A program made the position numbers and the translations under genes. Positions 18,476 to 28,471 of a stretch of DNA of 64,000 bases are shown here, piece by piece. The notes beneath the pieces are model-generated. The model made no database searches. It saw only the letters and a list, made by a program, of their open reading frames with translations, and was not told the origin of the DNA. Origin of the DNA: Candidatus Nomurabacteria bacterium RIFCSPHIGHO2_02_40_30 (GTDB lineage: Bacteria > Patescibacteriota > Minisyncoccia > Phycocordibacterales > UBA9973); assembly GCA_001785445.1 (NCBI GenBank), contig MFTV01000016.1, forward strand, positions 95,653-159,652, in the 5' to 3' direction. Within the stretch, counting starts at the first letter, position 1. Each line of letters begins with the position of its first letter.

Positions 18476-21004
18476 ATGATTAAAGGAATGAAAAAACTGC
18501 ACAGAAACAAACATTTTTGGAAAAATGTAATATTGTTCGGAGCTGGAATTTTTGTTTTAATCGCCGGAATAATAATAGTATGGCTCGCTTCTATGAAGAT
18601 TCCGGATTTTCAGTCTTTTGGTGACAGAAAAATTGAAAATTCCACTAAAATTTACGACCGCACCGGAGAAATACTACTTTACGACATACATCGAGACACA
18701 AAAAGAACAGACATAACTTTTGAAAATATGGGAGCCAATATAAAAAATGCGACGGTGGCTATCGAAGACTCTGAATTTTATAACCACAGTGGCATACGGC
18801 TCACTTCTATCGTTCGCGCAGTGCTCTCCAATATTTTGGGCACTGGCCGCACCCAAGGTGGCTCGACCATTACCCAGCAGTTAGTGAAAAATACTCTACT
18901 AACATCAGAAAAATCTTATACCAGAAAAATAAAAGAGTGGGTCTTGGCAATTAAAATAGACAACTCAATTCCAAAAGAAAAAATTCTGGAATATTATTTA
19001 AATGAAGCTCCGTATGGAGGCACTGTTTATGGAATAGAAGAAGCAAGTAAAACTTATTTTAACAAACATGCACAAGATTTAACTCTGGGAGAGGCGGCGT
19101 ATCTGGCAGCCATCCCGCAGTCGCCGACAACCCTCTCTCCATACGGCAAAAATAAAGACAAGTTGGAAGCTAGAAAAAATTTAGTCCTCGGGAGGATGCT
19201 GGAGCTTAATTTTATAAAAAAATCAGAGTTTGACACGGCAAAAAATGAAATTGTGGCTTTTGTCCCGCAGGCAACTCTGGGCATCAGAGCGCCACATTTT
19301 GTCTTTTTTATTAAAGACTATCTGGAGCAGAAATATGGTAGTGCCATGCTTGCACATGGTGGGTTGAAAGTCACAACCACTCTAGATTATGGACTGCAGG
19401 AAAAAGGCGAGCAAATCGTGAAAGACGGCGCGCTTAAAAATGAAAAGGATTGGAGTGGTAAAAATGCCGGACTAGTGGCGATCGAGCCTTCCAGTGGACA
19501 AATTTTGAGCATGGTGGGCTCCAGAGACTATTTCGACAAAAATATAGACGGCAACTACAACATAGCCACAGCAAACAGACAGCCGGGTTCTTCTTTTAAA
19601 CCTTTTATTTATGCCACAGCTTTCAATAAGGGCTTTACTCCGAGTACAGTGCTCTTTGACTTGCCTACAGAATTCCAAAGCACTTGTGATGCTTACGGTA
19701 AGGCGTTGCCTGGACACAACCAAGACGACTGCTATATGCCGGACAATTATGACGAAAAGTTCCGCGGCCCGATGAGCTTGCGGGATGCGTTGGCGCAATC
19801 AATCAACGTTCCCGCCGTGCAACTTTTTTATCTAGCGGGGCTGGGAGACTCACTAAAGACGGCGGAAGACATGGGCATCAGCACTTTGACTGATATCGGA
19901 CGTTATGGGCTCACGCTCGTTATTGGAGGCGGAGAAGTATCACTTCTTGACATGACATCGGCTTATGGAGTTTTCGCCAACAATGGAGTCAGAAGTCCAT
20001 ATACTGGAATCTTAAAAATTGAAGACTCCACTGGAAAAATTTTAGAAGAATACACTCCAAATACCAGAGAAGTTTTGCCTAAAAACACAGCCTTAACTAT
20101 CTCTGACATTCTGTCGGACGAAAAAGCCCGAGTCCCGACCTTTGGGTCGCATGGAGTCCTTTATATACCAAATAGAGATGTGGCCGCAAAAACTGGAACT
20201 ACGAATAACAACAAGGACGCTTGGACCATAGGCTACACCCCTTCTATCGTAGTAGGTGTGTGGGCTGGAAATAACGACAACACTCCGATGAAAAAAGGTG
20301 GCGCAGCTGTCGCTGGGCCTATTTGGAATAAATTTATGAATGAAGCGTTAAAAACCTTGCCGAATGAAAAATTCGAGAAACCAAATTTAGAAGTTGACCC
20401 GACTCTCGTAAAACCGGTGCTTCGCGGACTCTGGCAAGGCAATGAAAATTTTTTTATAGACAAAATATCGGGGAAGCTAGCAACAGCTAGCACGCCAAAG
20501 GAAACAACGGAAGAGAAAGTTATCACCAATGTGCATTCAATTCTTTATTGGGTAAATAGAAATGACCTTCTGGGAGCCCCACCAATGGAGCCGGGGAGCG
20601 ACTGGCAATTTAACCATTTTGAAATACCCATACAAACTTGGTGGATGCAAAACAACACAAAGTACCACATAACCACACCAGCCGAAAAACCAACTCTGCT
20701 TGACGATGTACACATAGACGCAAAAAAGCCAATACTTTCAATTCTTGAACCAAACAGCCAAATAACATATTTGCCTACTCAAAAAATAAATATAAAAGTT
20801 TCTAGTTCCGGTCCTTTCCCGCTTGCTAAGACCGATATTTTTATCAACGACACTTATATAGGAACATATAACGCCGGCTCCATTTTTTCTTTCACGCCAA
20901 ACGAGTTGGAGGGACTTCAAGTAAACAACGAGTTAAAAATAATCGCCTACGACAGTGTTTATAATAAAAACGAGGCTACTTTAACCTTTAAAGTAGCTCC
21001 GTAA
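18476..21004 (+). CDS. mrcA: penicillin-binding protein 1A (bifunctional transglycosylase/transpeptidase)
   Basis: N-terminal TM segment, GT51 'AIEDSEFYNHSGI', transpeptidase 'SSFKP' (SxxK) and 'KTGTT'. Confidence 0.9.
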   Translation: MIKGMKKLHRNKHFWKNVILFGAGIFVLIAGIIIVWLASMKIPDFQSFGDRKIENSTKIYDRTGEILLYDIHRDTKRTDITFENMGANIKNATVAIEDSEFYNHSGIRLTSIVRAVLSNILGTGRTQGGSTITQQLVKNTLLTSEKSYTRKIKEWVLAIKIDNSIPKEKILEYYLNEAPYGGTVYGIEEASKTYFNKHAQDLTLGEAAYLAAIPQSPTTLSPYGKNKDKLEARKNLVLGRMLELNFIKKSEFDTAKNEIVAFVPQATLGIRAPHFVFFIKDYLEQKYGSAMLAHGGLKVTTTLDYGLQEKGEQIVKDGALKNEKDWSGKNAGLVAIEPSSGQILSMVGSRDYFDKNIDGNYNIATANRQPGSSFKPFIYATAFNKGFTPSTVLFDLPTEFQSTCDAYGKALPGHNQDDCYMPDNYDEKFRGPMSLRDALAQSINVPAVQLFYLAGLGDSLKTAEDMGISTLTDIGRYGLTLVIGGGEVSLLDMTSAYGVFANNGVRSPYTGILKIEDSTGKILEEYTPNTREVLPKNTALTISDILSDEKARVPTFGSHGVLYIPNRDVAAKTGTTNNNKDAWTIGYTPSIVVGVWAGNNDNTPMKKGGAAVAGPIWNKFMNEALKTLPNEKFEKPNLEVDPTLVKPVLRGLWQGNENFFIDKISGKLATASTPKETTEEKVITNVHSILYWVNRNDLLGAPPMEPGSDWQFNHFEIPIQTWWMQNNTKYHITTPAEKPTLLDDVHIDAKKPILSILEPNSQITYLPTQKINIKVSSSGPFPLAKTDIFINDTYIGTYNAGSIFSFTPNELEGLQVNNELKIIAYDSVYNKNEATLTFKVAP

Positions 21005-22102
21005 TTATCTGCTAATTGGCATTATTAAATAGGTAAAGCTTGGGTCAGAAACAGGAGATACTACCAGAGGGCGAGAAGTGCCGGACAGTTTTATAGATAA
21101 ACTGTCTGTACTGATTGAAGAAAAGCAGTCTAAAAAATACTTATAATTGAACCCAAGTTCTACATTTTCTCCAGTAACGGCTCCGTCTAAGTATGTTTTA
21201 TTTTCTCCAATATCGTTATTGGTAGAAGATAAAACAAAAATCTTTTCTTTTGGGTTAATAGTCAAGTTTACTTGGTTAAATTTATCTGAAAAAATGTTTG
21301 AGAGCTTTAACGCATTTAGTAAATCCTGTTTTAATATTGTGGCGGTAGTTTTGATATCTTTGGGTATAATTTGGCGGTAGTCTGGGAAAATGCCGTCAAT
21401 GACTCGCGAGGTTAAATAAATATTGTCGGAGGAAAAAGAAATCTGGTTTTTATTGAAACACACTTTTACGACACCTGCATGTTCTCCAAAAATTCTCAAG
21501 ATTTCTCCGACATTTTTAAAAGGGATAAGAATTCCTAAAATCTCTTCCAGTCCTTTCACTTTAATCTTTTTTTCAGCAAGCCTGAAAGAGTCAGTAGAGA
21601 CAAACACTAGCCCATCGTCGTTCGAGTAGATAAAAACACTTGATATTTCTGGTTTTATATCCGATGCCGCAGAACTATAATACACTGCCTTTATTCCCTC
21701 GACGAGCTTCTTAGCTTCTATCTCAAAAATTTTTCCGGAAACTTTTGGTATGGTTGGAAAGTCTTCATATGGCTGACCCTTTAGTTTTATTTGGTTTTTT
21801 TTGCTCTTTATTAATAAATTGCCGTCAACCCCCTCCAGTGAAATACTTTCATTTTGAAAAATGTTGGAAAAAACGCCACTCAACACTGAACCAGATATTG
21901 CTACAAGTCCTTCTTTTTCTACCTTGGCTCCTATTTCAACCTCTACCCCCAAACTCAAATTTGTTGACCGAAGTTTTAAAGACTTGTTTGACGCTATTAA
22001 TAAAATAGAGTTTAAAACAGGCAGAGTTAAATTTTTCCCAGTAATTCTTTCAACTTGGGAAACGGCATTTTTTATTTCTTCTACTTTACATTCTAGTTTC
22101 AT
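21005..22102 (-). CDS. dnaN: DNA polymerase III beta sliding clamp
   Basis: Typical DnaN N-terminus 'MKLECKVEEIKNAVSQVERI...LTLPVLNSILL'. 365 aa, immediately downstream of dnaA. Confidence 0.9.
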   Translation of the reverse strand: MKLECKVEEIKNAVSQVERITGKNLTLPVLNSILLIASNKSLKLRSTNLSLGVEVEIGAKVEKEGLVAISGSVLSGVFSNIFQNESISLEGVDGNLLIKSKKNQIKLKGQPYEDFPTIPKVSGKIFEIEAKKLVEGIKAVYYSSAASDIKPEISSVFIYSNDDGLVFVSTDSFRLAEKKIKVKGLEEILGILIPFKNVGEILRIFGEHAGVVKVCFNKNQISFSSDNIYLTSRVIDGIFPDYRQIIPKDIKTTATILKQDLLNALKLSNIFSDKFNQVNLTINPKEKIFVLSSTNNDIGENKTYLDGAVTGENVELGFNYKYFLDCFSSISTDSLSIKLSGTSRPLVVSPVSDPSFTYLIMPISR

Positions 22103-22301
22103 GGGGATATTTTATATATTTAATTTATTAATACTATTAGTGTTGTGTATAAGTGGATAATCTTATTTCGCCTTATATGTTTTGAATATTTTATGGTAGT
22201 AATTTTCTTTTTAGTCTAATAACTTTTTCTAGTTTTTTGTCATTTCTAAGTAATTTACTTTTCTGTTCTTGTTGTTGTATATTCTTAACAGGTTATTAAC
22301 A
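22103..22301. promoter_or_regulatory. dnaA-dnaN intergenic region; candidate oriC segment with DnaA-box-like nonamers
   Basis: AT-rich region containing aGTGGATAA (22152..22160, 8/9 to TGTGGATAA) and TGTGtATAA. A second AT-rich region upstream of dnaA (23649..23977) contains TGTtGATAA. Confidence 0.35.
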
Positions 22302-23648
22302 TTATTTAAACAAAGTTCTTATTTTTTCTAGTTCTTGCAGTAGTTGGGGGTCATTTTTTAAATCTGCTTTAATTTTCAAGCATGAGTGTATGACTGTGGT
22401 ATGGTCTTTACCACCCAGCTTCTGTCCTATTAAAGGGTAAGAAACATTGAAATCTTCTCGAAGTAAATACATTACTATCTGTCTCGCTTTGACAATTTCT
22501 TTTTTTCTTGTTTTTTCGTAAATTGAGGCTTCTTCTAGTTGGTAGTTTTCAGCCACTAGCTTAACAACATCTTTTATTGCCATATTTTTCTTGGGTTTCA
22601 TGTTGTTTTTTAGCAAGTTTTTAACCTCGGGGAGAGTAAGAGTTCTGTTCTTAAGGCGGTACTGCATTACGAGTATGTTTAAAGAACCCTCAAGTTCGCG
22701 AATATTTCCCTCCACCGCAGAGGCGACGTACTCCACAATCTCCTTATCTAGTTCTATATTAAGCTCTTGCAGTTTAACTTTCAAAATTGCAAGACGAGAT
22801 TCGTACTCTGGCGGAGAGATATCGACAATCATCCCGGCGGCAAAGCGGGATTTTAGACGGTCTGCCAGCTCTGGAATGTAGTTGGGGTGTTTGTCAGAAG
22901 AAAAAATAATCTGCTTATTATTTTCATAAAAAGTGTTGAATGTATGGAAGAGTTCTTCTTGAATTTTTTCCATTTTACCAATAAATTGAATGTCGTCTAT
23001 GATTAATAGGTCGTATTTACGATACTTTTCTTTAAAGGAATTTGCTTTATTGTTTTGCAGTGAATTTATGAAGTCCGTGGCAAATTTTTCTAAGGTCATA
23101 TAGTGCACTTTTTTATTTTCGTGTTTCTCTTTTATGGTGTTACCTACTGCTTGGATAAGATGAGTTTTGCCAAGTCCGGTGGGGCCGTATATAAAAAACG
23201 GATTATACTTAGTTCCCGGACTGTCTATGATAGCTTGAGCCGCGGCGTAAGCCAATTCGTTGAAAGTTCCCACAATAAATGAGTTGAAGTGATAACGTGG
23301 ATTTAAGTTATCTTCCGGGTTGATGTATAAGTCTCTTAAAGGCAACTCCTTGTTTACATAAGTTTCCACAGAATTTTCTACTTCTTCCTGCTTAGTCGCC
23401 TCTATTTTCGTAATAGTGTATTCCACTGCGCGCATATTTTCGTAGGCATCGGCGATTGTTTTAGTAATAAGCTTGTGATACTTATTCATTAACCAGTCAC
23501 GAACAAATTCGTTGGGCACACCTATATAGATAACCCCAGTTTCCTCTTTTATAATTGATGTATTTTTGAACCAAGTACTGAAATTTGCCTTAGAGATGCC
23601 TGTTTCTATCTCACCTAAACAATTTTTCCAAAGCTGTTTCGTATTCAT
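22302..23648 (-). CDS. dnaA: chromosomal replication initiator DnaA
   Basis: AAA+ 'IYGPTGLGKTHL', 'LLIIDDIQF' and C-terminal DNA-binding helix 'GGKDHTTVIHSCLKI'. Confidence 0.95.
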   Translation of the reverse strand: MNTKQLWKNCLGEIETGISKANFSTWFKNTSIIKEETGVIYIGVPNEFVRDWLMNKYHKLITKTIADAYENMRAVEYTITKIEATKQEEVENSVETYVNKELPLRDLYINPEDNLNPRYHFNSFIVGTFNELAYAAAQAIIDSPGTKYNPFFIYGPTGLGKTHLIQAVGNTIKEKHENKKVHYMTLEKFATDFINSLQNNKANSFKEKYRKYDLLIIDDIQFIGKMEKIQEELFHTFNTFYENNKQIIFSSDKHPNYIPELADRLKSRFAAGMIVDISPPEYESRLAILKVKLQELNIELDKEIVEYVASAVEGNIRELEGSLNILVMQYRLKNRTLTLPEVKNLLKNNMKPKKNMAIKDVVKLVAENYQLEEASIYEKTRKKEIVKARQIVMYLLREDFNVSYPLIGQKLGGKDHTTVIHSCLKIKADLKNDPQLLQELEKIRTLFK

Positions 23649-23977
23649 CGCCCCATAGTATACTATTTAGCAAAGGAAGCAAAATTATAAAACTTACTAA
23701 CTATGTTGATAATCTGTGCAAAACTATTTTTCAACCCTCACAAATAACGGTTTTATATAAAAAGAGCAATTAGACAAATAATTTTCTTTCTGCTATACTA
23801 TTTATGTTGAAGTTTAAAAATTTATTTCTTAATTCACGTCGGGCTTAGGAGGATATTCCATATATTATGAAGTGTTCAAGAGAAAATGTAAGACGAAATT
23901 TTAAAATCTTAGTTAAAGTTTCCCGAAAAATTAATCCGCAAATATAGTGGCATATTCTTGTAAGCTGACCAAAGCTT

Positions 23978-25510
23978 ATGAGTATAACATTGATAACAAT
24001 TCTAATTAGCGCCGGAGCGCTTCTTTTGGGTGTTGGCATAGGGTATTACTTGCGTTTCATAATAGCCTTAGGCAAAAGAAGGTCTATAGAAATAGACATA
24101 AAACAAATGATGGTTGGCGCCAAAGAAGAGGCGCAGAAAATCACCGATGAAGCCAAAAAAGTATCCGAAGAAAAACTAGCCGAGTTAAAAGAAGAAGAAA
24201 AAAAGAAAGAACAAGGGTTTAAGGAAACAGAGAAAAGACTTATTAAAAAAGATGAGTTTTTGGATGCTCGACAAGTGGAAATAGACAAAGAAGTTGAAAA
24301 TATAAAAACCAAAGTAGAAGAAATAAAAAGGATTCAGGAAAAAGTTTTAAATACCGAGGCAGAAAAAAGAGCTGAACTCGAAAAAGTGGCACAACTCTCC
24401 GAAACTGAAGCCAAGGAAGAACTTCTAAGAGAAATCGAAAAGAAGTATGAAGAAGACTTAATGGTTCGTATTCAAAAGTTGGAGAACGGAAACCAAGAAA
24501 AACTTGAAAACCGCGCTAAAGACATACTGGCTACAAGTATTCAGCGCCTCGCGGCTAGTACGGCTTCAGAGCTAATGACAACAGTAGTGACTATCAGCAA
24601 TAATGAAATAAAGGGTAAGATCATCGGGAAAGAAGGCAGAAATATAAGGGCTTTTGAGCGAGCTTCCGGAGTGGAACTTATTGTGGATGATACTCCGGGC
24701 TCAATAATTATCTCCTCCTTCGATCCTATCCGCAGACAAATTGCCCGCCTTGCGCTAGAAAACTTAATTTTAGATGGACGCATTCAGCCGGCCAAAATAG
24801 AAGAACTGGTGGAAAAAGCAAAAGAAGAAATAAATAAAATAATTAAAGAAAAGGGAGAGCAAGCAGTCTATGAGTGTGGAATATTTAACTTCGACCCACG
24901 CATTGTGGCTATTATTGGACGACTTTACTTCCGCACCAGCTATGGGCAAAATGTTTTGCAACACTCCATAGAGATGGCTCACATTGCCGGCATGATTGCC
25001 GAAGAGCTTGGTGCTGATGTTGCTATCGCCAAAGCCGGAGCTCTCGTTCACGATATAGGAAAAGCCCTTACTCACGAGGTGGAAGGCACTCATGTGGAGA
25101 TAGGCATGCGAATCTTGCAGAAGTTTGGGGCCGATGAACGCATCATTACTGCCATGAAGAGCCATCACGAAGAATATCCTTACGAAACTATTGAGTCCAT
25201 CATCGTGCAGACTGCAGATGCAATCTCTGGTGGCAGACCAGGTGCACGCCGCGACTCAGTAGAGAACTACTTAAAGAGACTGCAAGAACTAGAAGCACTG
25301 GTAAATGCCTTTCCTGGGATTGAAAAGTCCTATGCCCTGCAAGCTGGTCGCGAAATCCGCATCTTCGTAACACCGGAAAAGATTTCTGATGCTGAAGCTA
25401 AGATAATGGCCCGTGATATTGCCCTAAAAATAGAGCAAGAACTAAAATATCCGGGCGAAATCAAAGTCACCATGATCCGTGAGACAAGAGTTATTGAGTA
25501 TGCAAGGTAA
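23978..25510 (+). CDS. rny: ribonuclease Y
   Basis: N-terminal TM, coiled coil, KH 'IIGKEGRNIRAFE' and HD 'HSIEMAHIAG...VHDIGK'. Confidence 0.95.
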   Translation: MSITLITILISAGALLLGVGIGYYLRFIIALGKRRSIEIDIKQMMVGAKEEAQKITDEAKKVSEEKLAELKEEEKKKEQGFKETEKRLIKKDEFLDARQVEIDKEVENIKTKVEEIKRIQEKVLNTEAEKRAELEKVAQLSETEAKEELLREIEKKYEEDLMVRIQKLENGNQEKLENRAKDILATSIQRLAASTASELMTTVVTISNNEIKGKIIGKEGRNIRAFERASGVELIVDDTPGSIIISSFDPIRRQIARLALENLILDGRIQPAKIEELVEKAKEEINKIIKEKGEQAVYECGIFNFDPRIVAIIGRLYFRTSYGQNVLQHSIEMAHIAGMIAEELGADVAIAKAGALVHDIGKALTHEVEGTHVEIGMRILQKFGADERIITAMKSHHEEYPYETIESIIVQTADAISGGRPGARRDSVENYLKRLQELEALVNAFPGIEKSYALQAGREIRIFVTPEKISDAEAKIMARDIALKIEQELKYPGEIKVTMIRETRVIEYAR

Positions 25511-25517
25511 AACCTCC

Positions 25518-25620
25518 AAAATATAAACTTTTTTCGGGTACAGATTTTTTGAAGCTTAAAAAATCCTGAAGTTTTCGCGCCGTCGCGCTCAAAACCCCCT
25601 TCAAAAGTTATATTTCAGAG
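25518..25620. repeat. ~100 nt intergenic repeat, copy A (second copy at 60598..60700)
   Basis: aaatataaacttttttcgggtacagattttttgaagcttaaaaaatcctgaagttttcg... is ~85% identical to copy B. It begins 8 nt after the rny stop. Contains hairpin cagatttttt-GAAGCTT-aaaaaatcctg. Confidence 0.6.
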
Positions 25621-25734
25621 GTTTTCTTGATTTATACATGCCCCTTGCCTTAAAAAAGCCTTGATATATAATGAATAGGTAGGAATTTAATGTGTTTTAA
25701 GGTCGAAATATTACAAATTTTTTCTTTTTAAAAT

Positions 25735-26007
25735 ATGAATAAACAAGCATTAGCTGAATGGGTACATGGAAAGCTAGGTGGCACAAAGGTGCAGGCTGAA
25801 GAAGTCGTAGACGGCATGTTTGAGGCTATCATCGGCACCTTGAAAAAGGGCGGTGAAGTATCAATCGCTGGCTTCGGAATCTTCTCTGTAAAGCAAAGAG
25901 CTGCTCGCATGGCTCGCAATCCGAAAACCGGAGAGCAAGTCAAAGTGGCTGCTAAGAGAGTTCCAAAGTTCCGACCGGCCAAAGGTTTGAAGGACACGAT
26001 TGCGTAA
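25735..26007 (+). CDS. hup: DNA-binding protein HU
   Basis: 'GFGIFSVKQRAARMARNPKTGEQV' arm motif. 90 aa. Confidence 0.95.
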   Translation: MNKQALAEWVHGKLGGTKVQAEEVVDGMFEAIIGTLKKGGEVSIAGFGIFSVKQRAARMARNPKTGEQVKVAAKRVPKFRPAKGLKDTIA

Positions 26008-26030
26008 ATTCTTTTCGCGCGAGAAGAATT

Positions 26031-26066
26031 AAAAAAATGACTAGGTAAGACCTAGTCATTTTTTGT
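26031..26066. terminator. bidirectional rho-independent terminator (same hairpin family as 17228..17262)
   Basis: aaaaaaATGACTAGGtaagaCCTAGTCATtttttg, between convergent hup and livF. Confidence 0.6.
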
Positions 26067-26070
26067 TTGG

Positions 26071-26790
26071 CTAGATTTTTCCCATAAACACTTGTTCCAG
26101 AATATCGCTCCCAGCGATAGCTCCACCTGTGTCTGAAGCCACAATTTTTCCATGAGCAAGCACGTAGGCTCGGTCAGTAATAGGAAGGAGTGAATGTAAA
26201 TTGTGCTCCACCACAAGGATAGCAGTTTTTTGGTCTTCATTTATATCTTTAATAGTTTTAAATATTTCTTTGACTACTTTTGGCGAGAGTCCGAGAGTAG
26301 GTTCATCAAGTAAAAGAAGCTTCGGCTGTGTCATAAGCCCTCGGGCGATAGAGAGAAGCTGTTGTTGTCCACCGGAGAGAGCCCCGGCATATTCGTTTTG
26401 CTTGGTAGATAATATTGGGAAAAGGTGCATTAAATGTTCTGCTCTGCGAATACATTCTATTTCATCATTTAGGGAGAAGCCACCAATCTCTATATTTTCT
26501 TTTACAGTTAAATTGGCAAATACTCGCCTGCCTTGTGGGACAAAGGCCACTCCCATTTTTACCAAATTTTGTGGTGAAGGATAAATTTTTTCTCCTTCGT
26601 ATAAAATACTTCCAGTATGTGTGATAAAACCAAAAATCGCTTTGAGTATTGTAGATTTCCCTGCGCCGTTTGGCCCCATCAATGCCACAATTTCAGCCTC
26701 ATCTATCAAGAGAGAAATATCGTGAATGACATTTTGTCCACTATATCCGGCCGAAACGTTTTTTAACTCCAATAATAATTCTTTTTTCAT
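26071..26790 (-). CDS. livF: branched-chain amino acid ABC transporter ATP-binding protein (LivF-like)
   Basis: 'LMGPNGAGKST', 'LSGGQQQLLSIARGL', 'LLLDEP'. Confidence 0.9.
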   Translation of the reverse strand: MKKELLLELKNVSAGYSGQNVIHDISLLIDEAEIVALMGPNGAGKSTILKAIFGFITHTGSILYEGEKIYPSPQNLVKMGVAFVPQGRRVFANLTVKENIEIGGFSLNDEIECIRRAEHLMHLFPILSTKQNEYAGALSGGQQQLLSIARGLMTQPKLLLLDEPTLGLSPKVVKEIFKTIKDINEDQKTAILVVEHNLHSLLPITDRAYVLAHGKIVASDTGGAIAGSDILEQVFMGKI

Positions 26791-26828
26791 ATTCTTGTCC
26801 CGTAGTGAGCCTTGCTTTACTACTGGGA

Positions 26829-27563
26829 TTATTCTCCCAAGTATGCTTCCAACACACTTTTTTCTGCAAGTATTTTCTCCGGATGTCCTTCTGCCAACAA
26901 TTTACCGGCATCCATTACTATCAAATGGTCGCACAAGTTCCGAATAATAGCCATGTTGTGTTCGACAAGCACGATTGTTTTTCCCTCCTTTTTCAATTCC
27001 AGAATTATGCCTTCGATTTTTTTCACCATCTCTGGGAAGAGGCCTGCGAAGGGCTCATCAAGAAGAATGATGTTGCTGTTCATGGCAAGCACTCTCCCCA
27101 TTTCTAGCAATTTCCGCTGGCCGTAAGATAAATCTCCCGCATGATGTGACTTTTTTTCATGGAGGTCGATCCTTTTTAAAATGTCTTCGGCTATTTTCAG
27201 GTGATAGGCGCCGTGGCGTTCGAAGAGCGCAGCCAGCGGGCTTCTTTCGGTCAGCACCACCAATATATTGTCGAGTACGCTCATCTGGTCAAAAAGCCTG
27301 ATTTGTTGGAATGTGCGGGTTATGCCATACGCTTGGTTTTCCCAAGGTAGGATTTTTTTTCTATCTACTCCAGAGAAAACAATACTCCCTTCGTCCTCTC
27401 CGGAAAACCCCGAAAGGACATTGACCAGAGTTGTTTTACCGCTGCCATTCGGGCCAACTAAGCCGGTAATGATTCCTTGTGGAATGTTAATAGAAAGGTG
27501 ATCAACGGCATGCACCCCGCCAAAACTTTTTGTCAAACTCTTTGTTTCTAAAATGTATTTCAT
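26829..27563 (-). CDS. livG: branched-chain amino acid ABC transporter ATP-binding protein (LivG-like)
   Basis: 'LVGPNGSGKTT', 'LSYGQRKLLEMGRVL', 'ILLDEP'. Confidence 0.9.
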   Translation of the reverse strand: MKYILETKSLTKSFGGVHAVDHLSINIPQGIITGLVGPNGSGKTTLVNVLSGFSGEDEGSIVFSGVDRKKILPWENQAYGITRTFQQIRLFDQMSVLDNILVVLTERSPLAALFERHGAYHLKIAEDILKRIDLHEKKSHHAGDLSYGQRKLLEMGRVLAMNSNIILLDEPFAGLFPEMVKKIEGIILELKKEGKTIVLVEHNMAIIRNLCDHLIVMDAGKLLAEGHPEKILAEKSVLEAYLGE

Positions 27564-27604
27564 GGTTCTATTTTATCACCATGACCCTGAGTTCATCGAA
27601 TGGG

Positions 27605-28471
27605 TCATAATTTATACTTGCCTAAAATTCCATTTGGTCGGAAAAGCATTAACAACACCAAGAGACTTCCGTAGATGAACTGTCTTAAAAGCCCAGCGAA
27701 TTCTGTCGGAAAACCGACAAAGCGCAAAAACTCCGGAACTATAATCAAAATAAATGCCCCCACGACGGCGCCGCGGTTCCTGCCAATACCTCCCAAAATA
27801 ATCATTGACCAAAGAAGCAAGGACTCGTTGATGGTAAAAAAATTAGAGTCAATGAATGTAATATAGCTAGCGAAAAGGACTCCAGCACAAGCGGAAAGAG
27901 AAGCCCCGAGAGTGAATGCAAGCAGTTTATAAGAAGACGTTTTGTAGCCGAAAATTTTAAGCGCATCTTCGTCTTCGCGTATGGCATTGAGTACTCGGCC
28001 GAATGAAGAACGGGAGATTCGGTAACTTATACCTAAAGTAAGAAGAAAAATAGCCAGAGCGAGGAGAAGGAAAGAAGCCGGAGTTTGAAAAGTAAAATTG
28101 AAAAGTTCGGGCTTGGAAATTCCAGCTATGCCATACGCCCCACCGGTGAGCTCTTCCCAATTCCGCACGACCGTGTGAAAGATCATCAAAAATCCCAAAG
28201 TCGCGAGCATGAAGTAGTCATCTCTAAACCGAGCAAAACTCACACCCACCACACAGGCTATGATTCCAGCCAGAATAGGTGCGAGGGCAAGACTTGCAAA
28301 AATATTCACACCGAATTTGGTCGCCAGTATAGCCGCCGTATATGCGCCGATACCGTAGAATGCCGCTCCTCCAAGAGTCAAAAGTCCAGTAGAGCCCATA
28401 ACTAAATTTTGAGCTATGGCCAAGATACCATAGATGAAGATCAATATAAAAATGTGGAAAATATATTCCAT
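27605..28471 (-). CDS. livM: branched-chain amino acid ABC transporter permease (LivM-like)
   Basis: Polytopic membrane protein in an operon with LivH/G/F-type genes. Confidence 0.8.
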   Translation of the reverse strand: MEYIFHIFILIFIYGILAIAQNLVMGSTGLLTLGGAAFYGIGAYTAAILATKFGVNIFASLALAPILAGIIACVVGVSFARFRDDYFMLATLGFLMIFHTVVRNWEELTGGAYGIAGISKPELFNFTFQTPASFLLLALAIFLLTLGISYRISRSSFGRVLNAIREDEDALKIFGYKTSSYKLLAFTLGASLSACAGVLFASYITFIDSNFFTINESLLLWSMIILGGIGRNRGAVVGAFILIIVPEFLRFVGFPTEFAGLLRQFIYGSLLVLLMLFRPNGILGKYKL

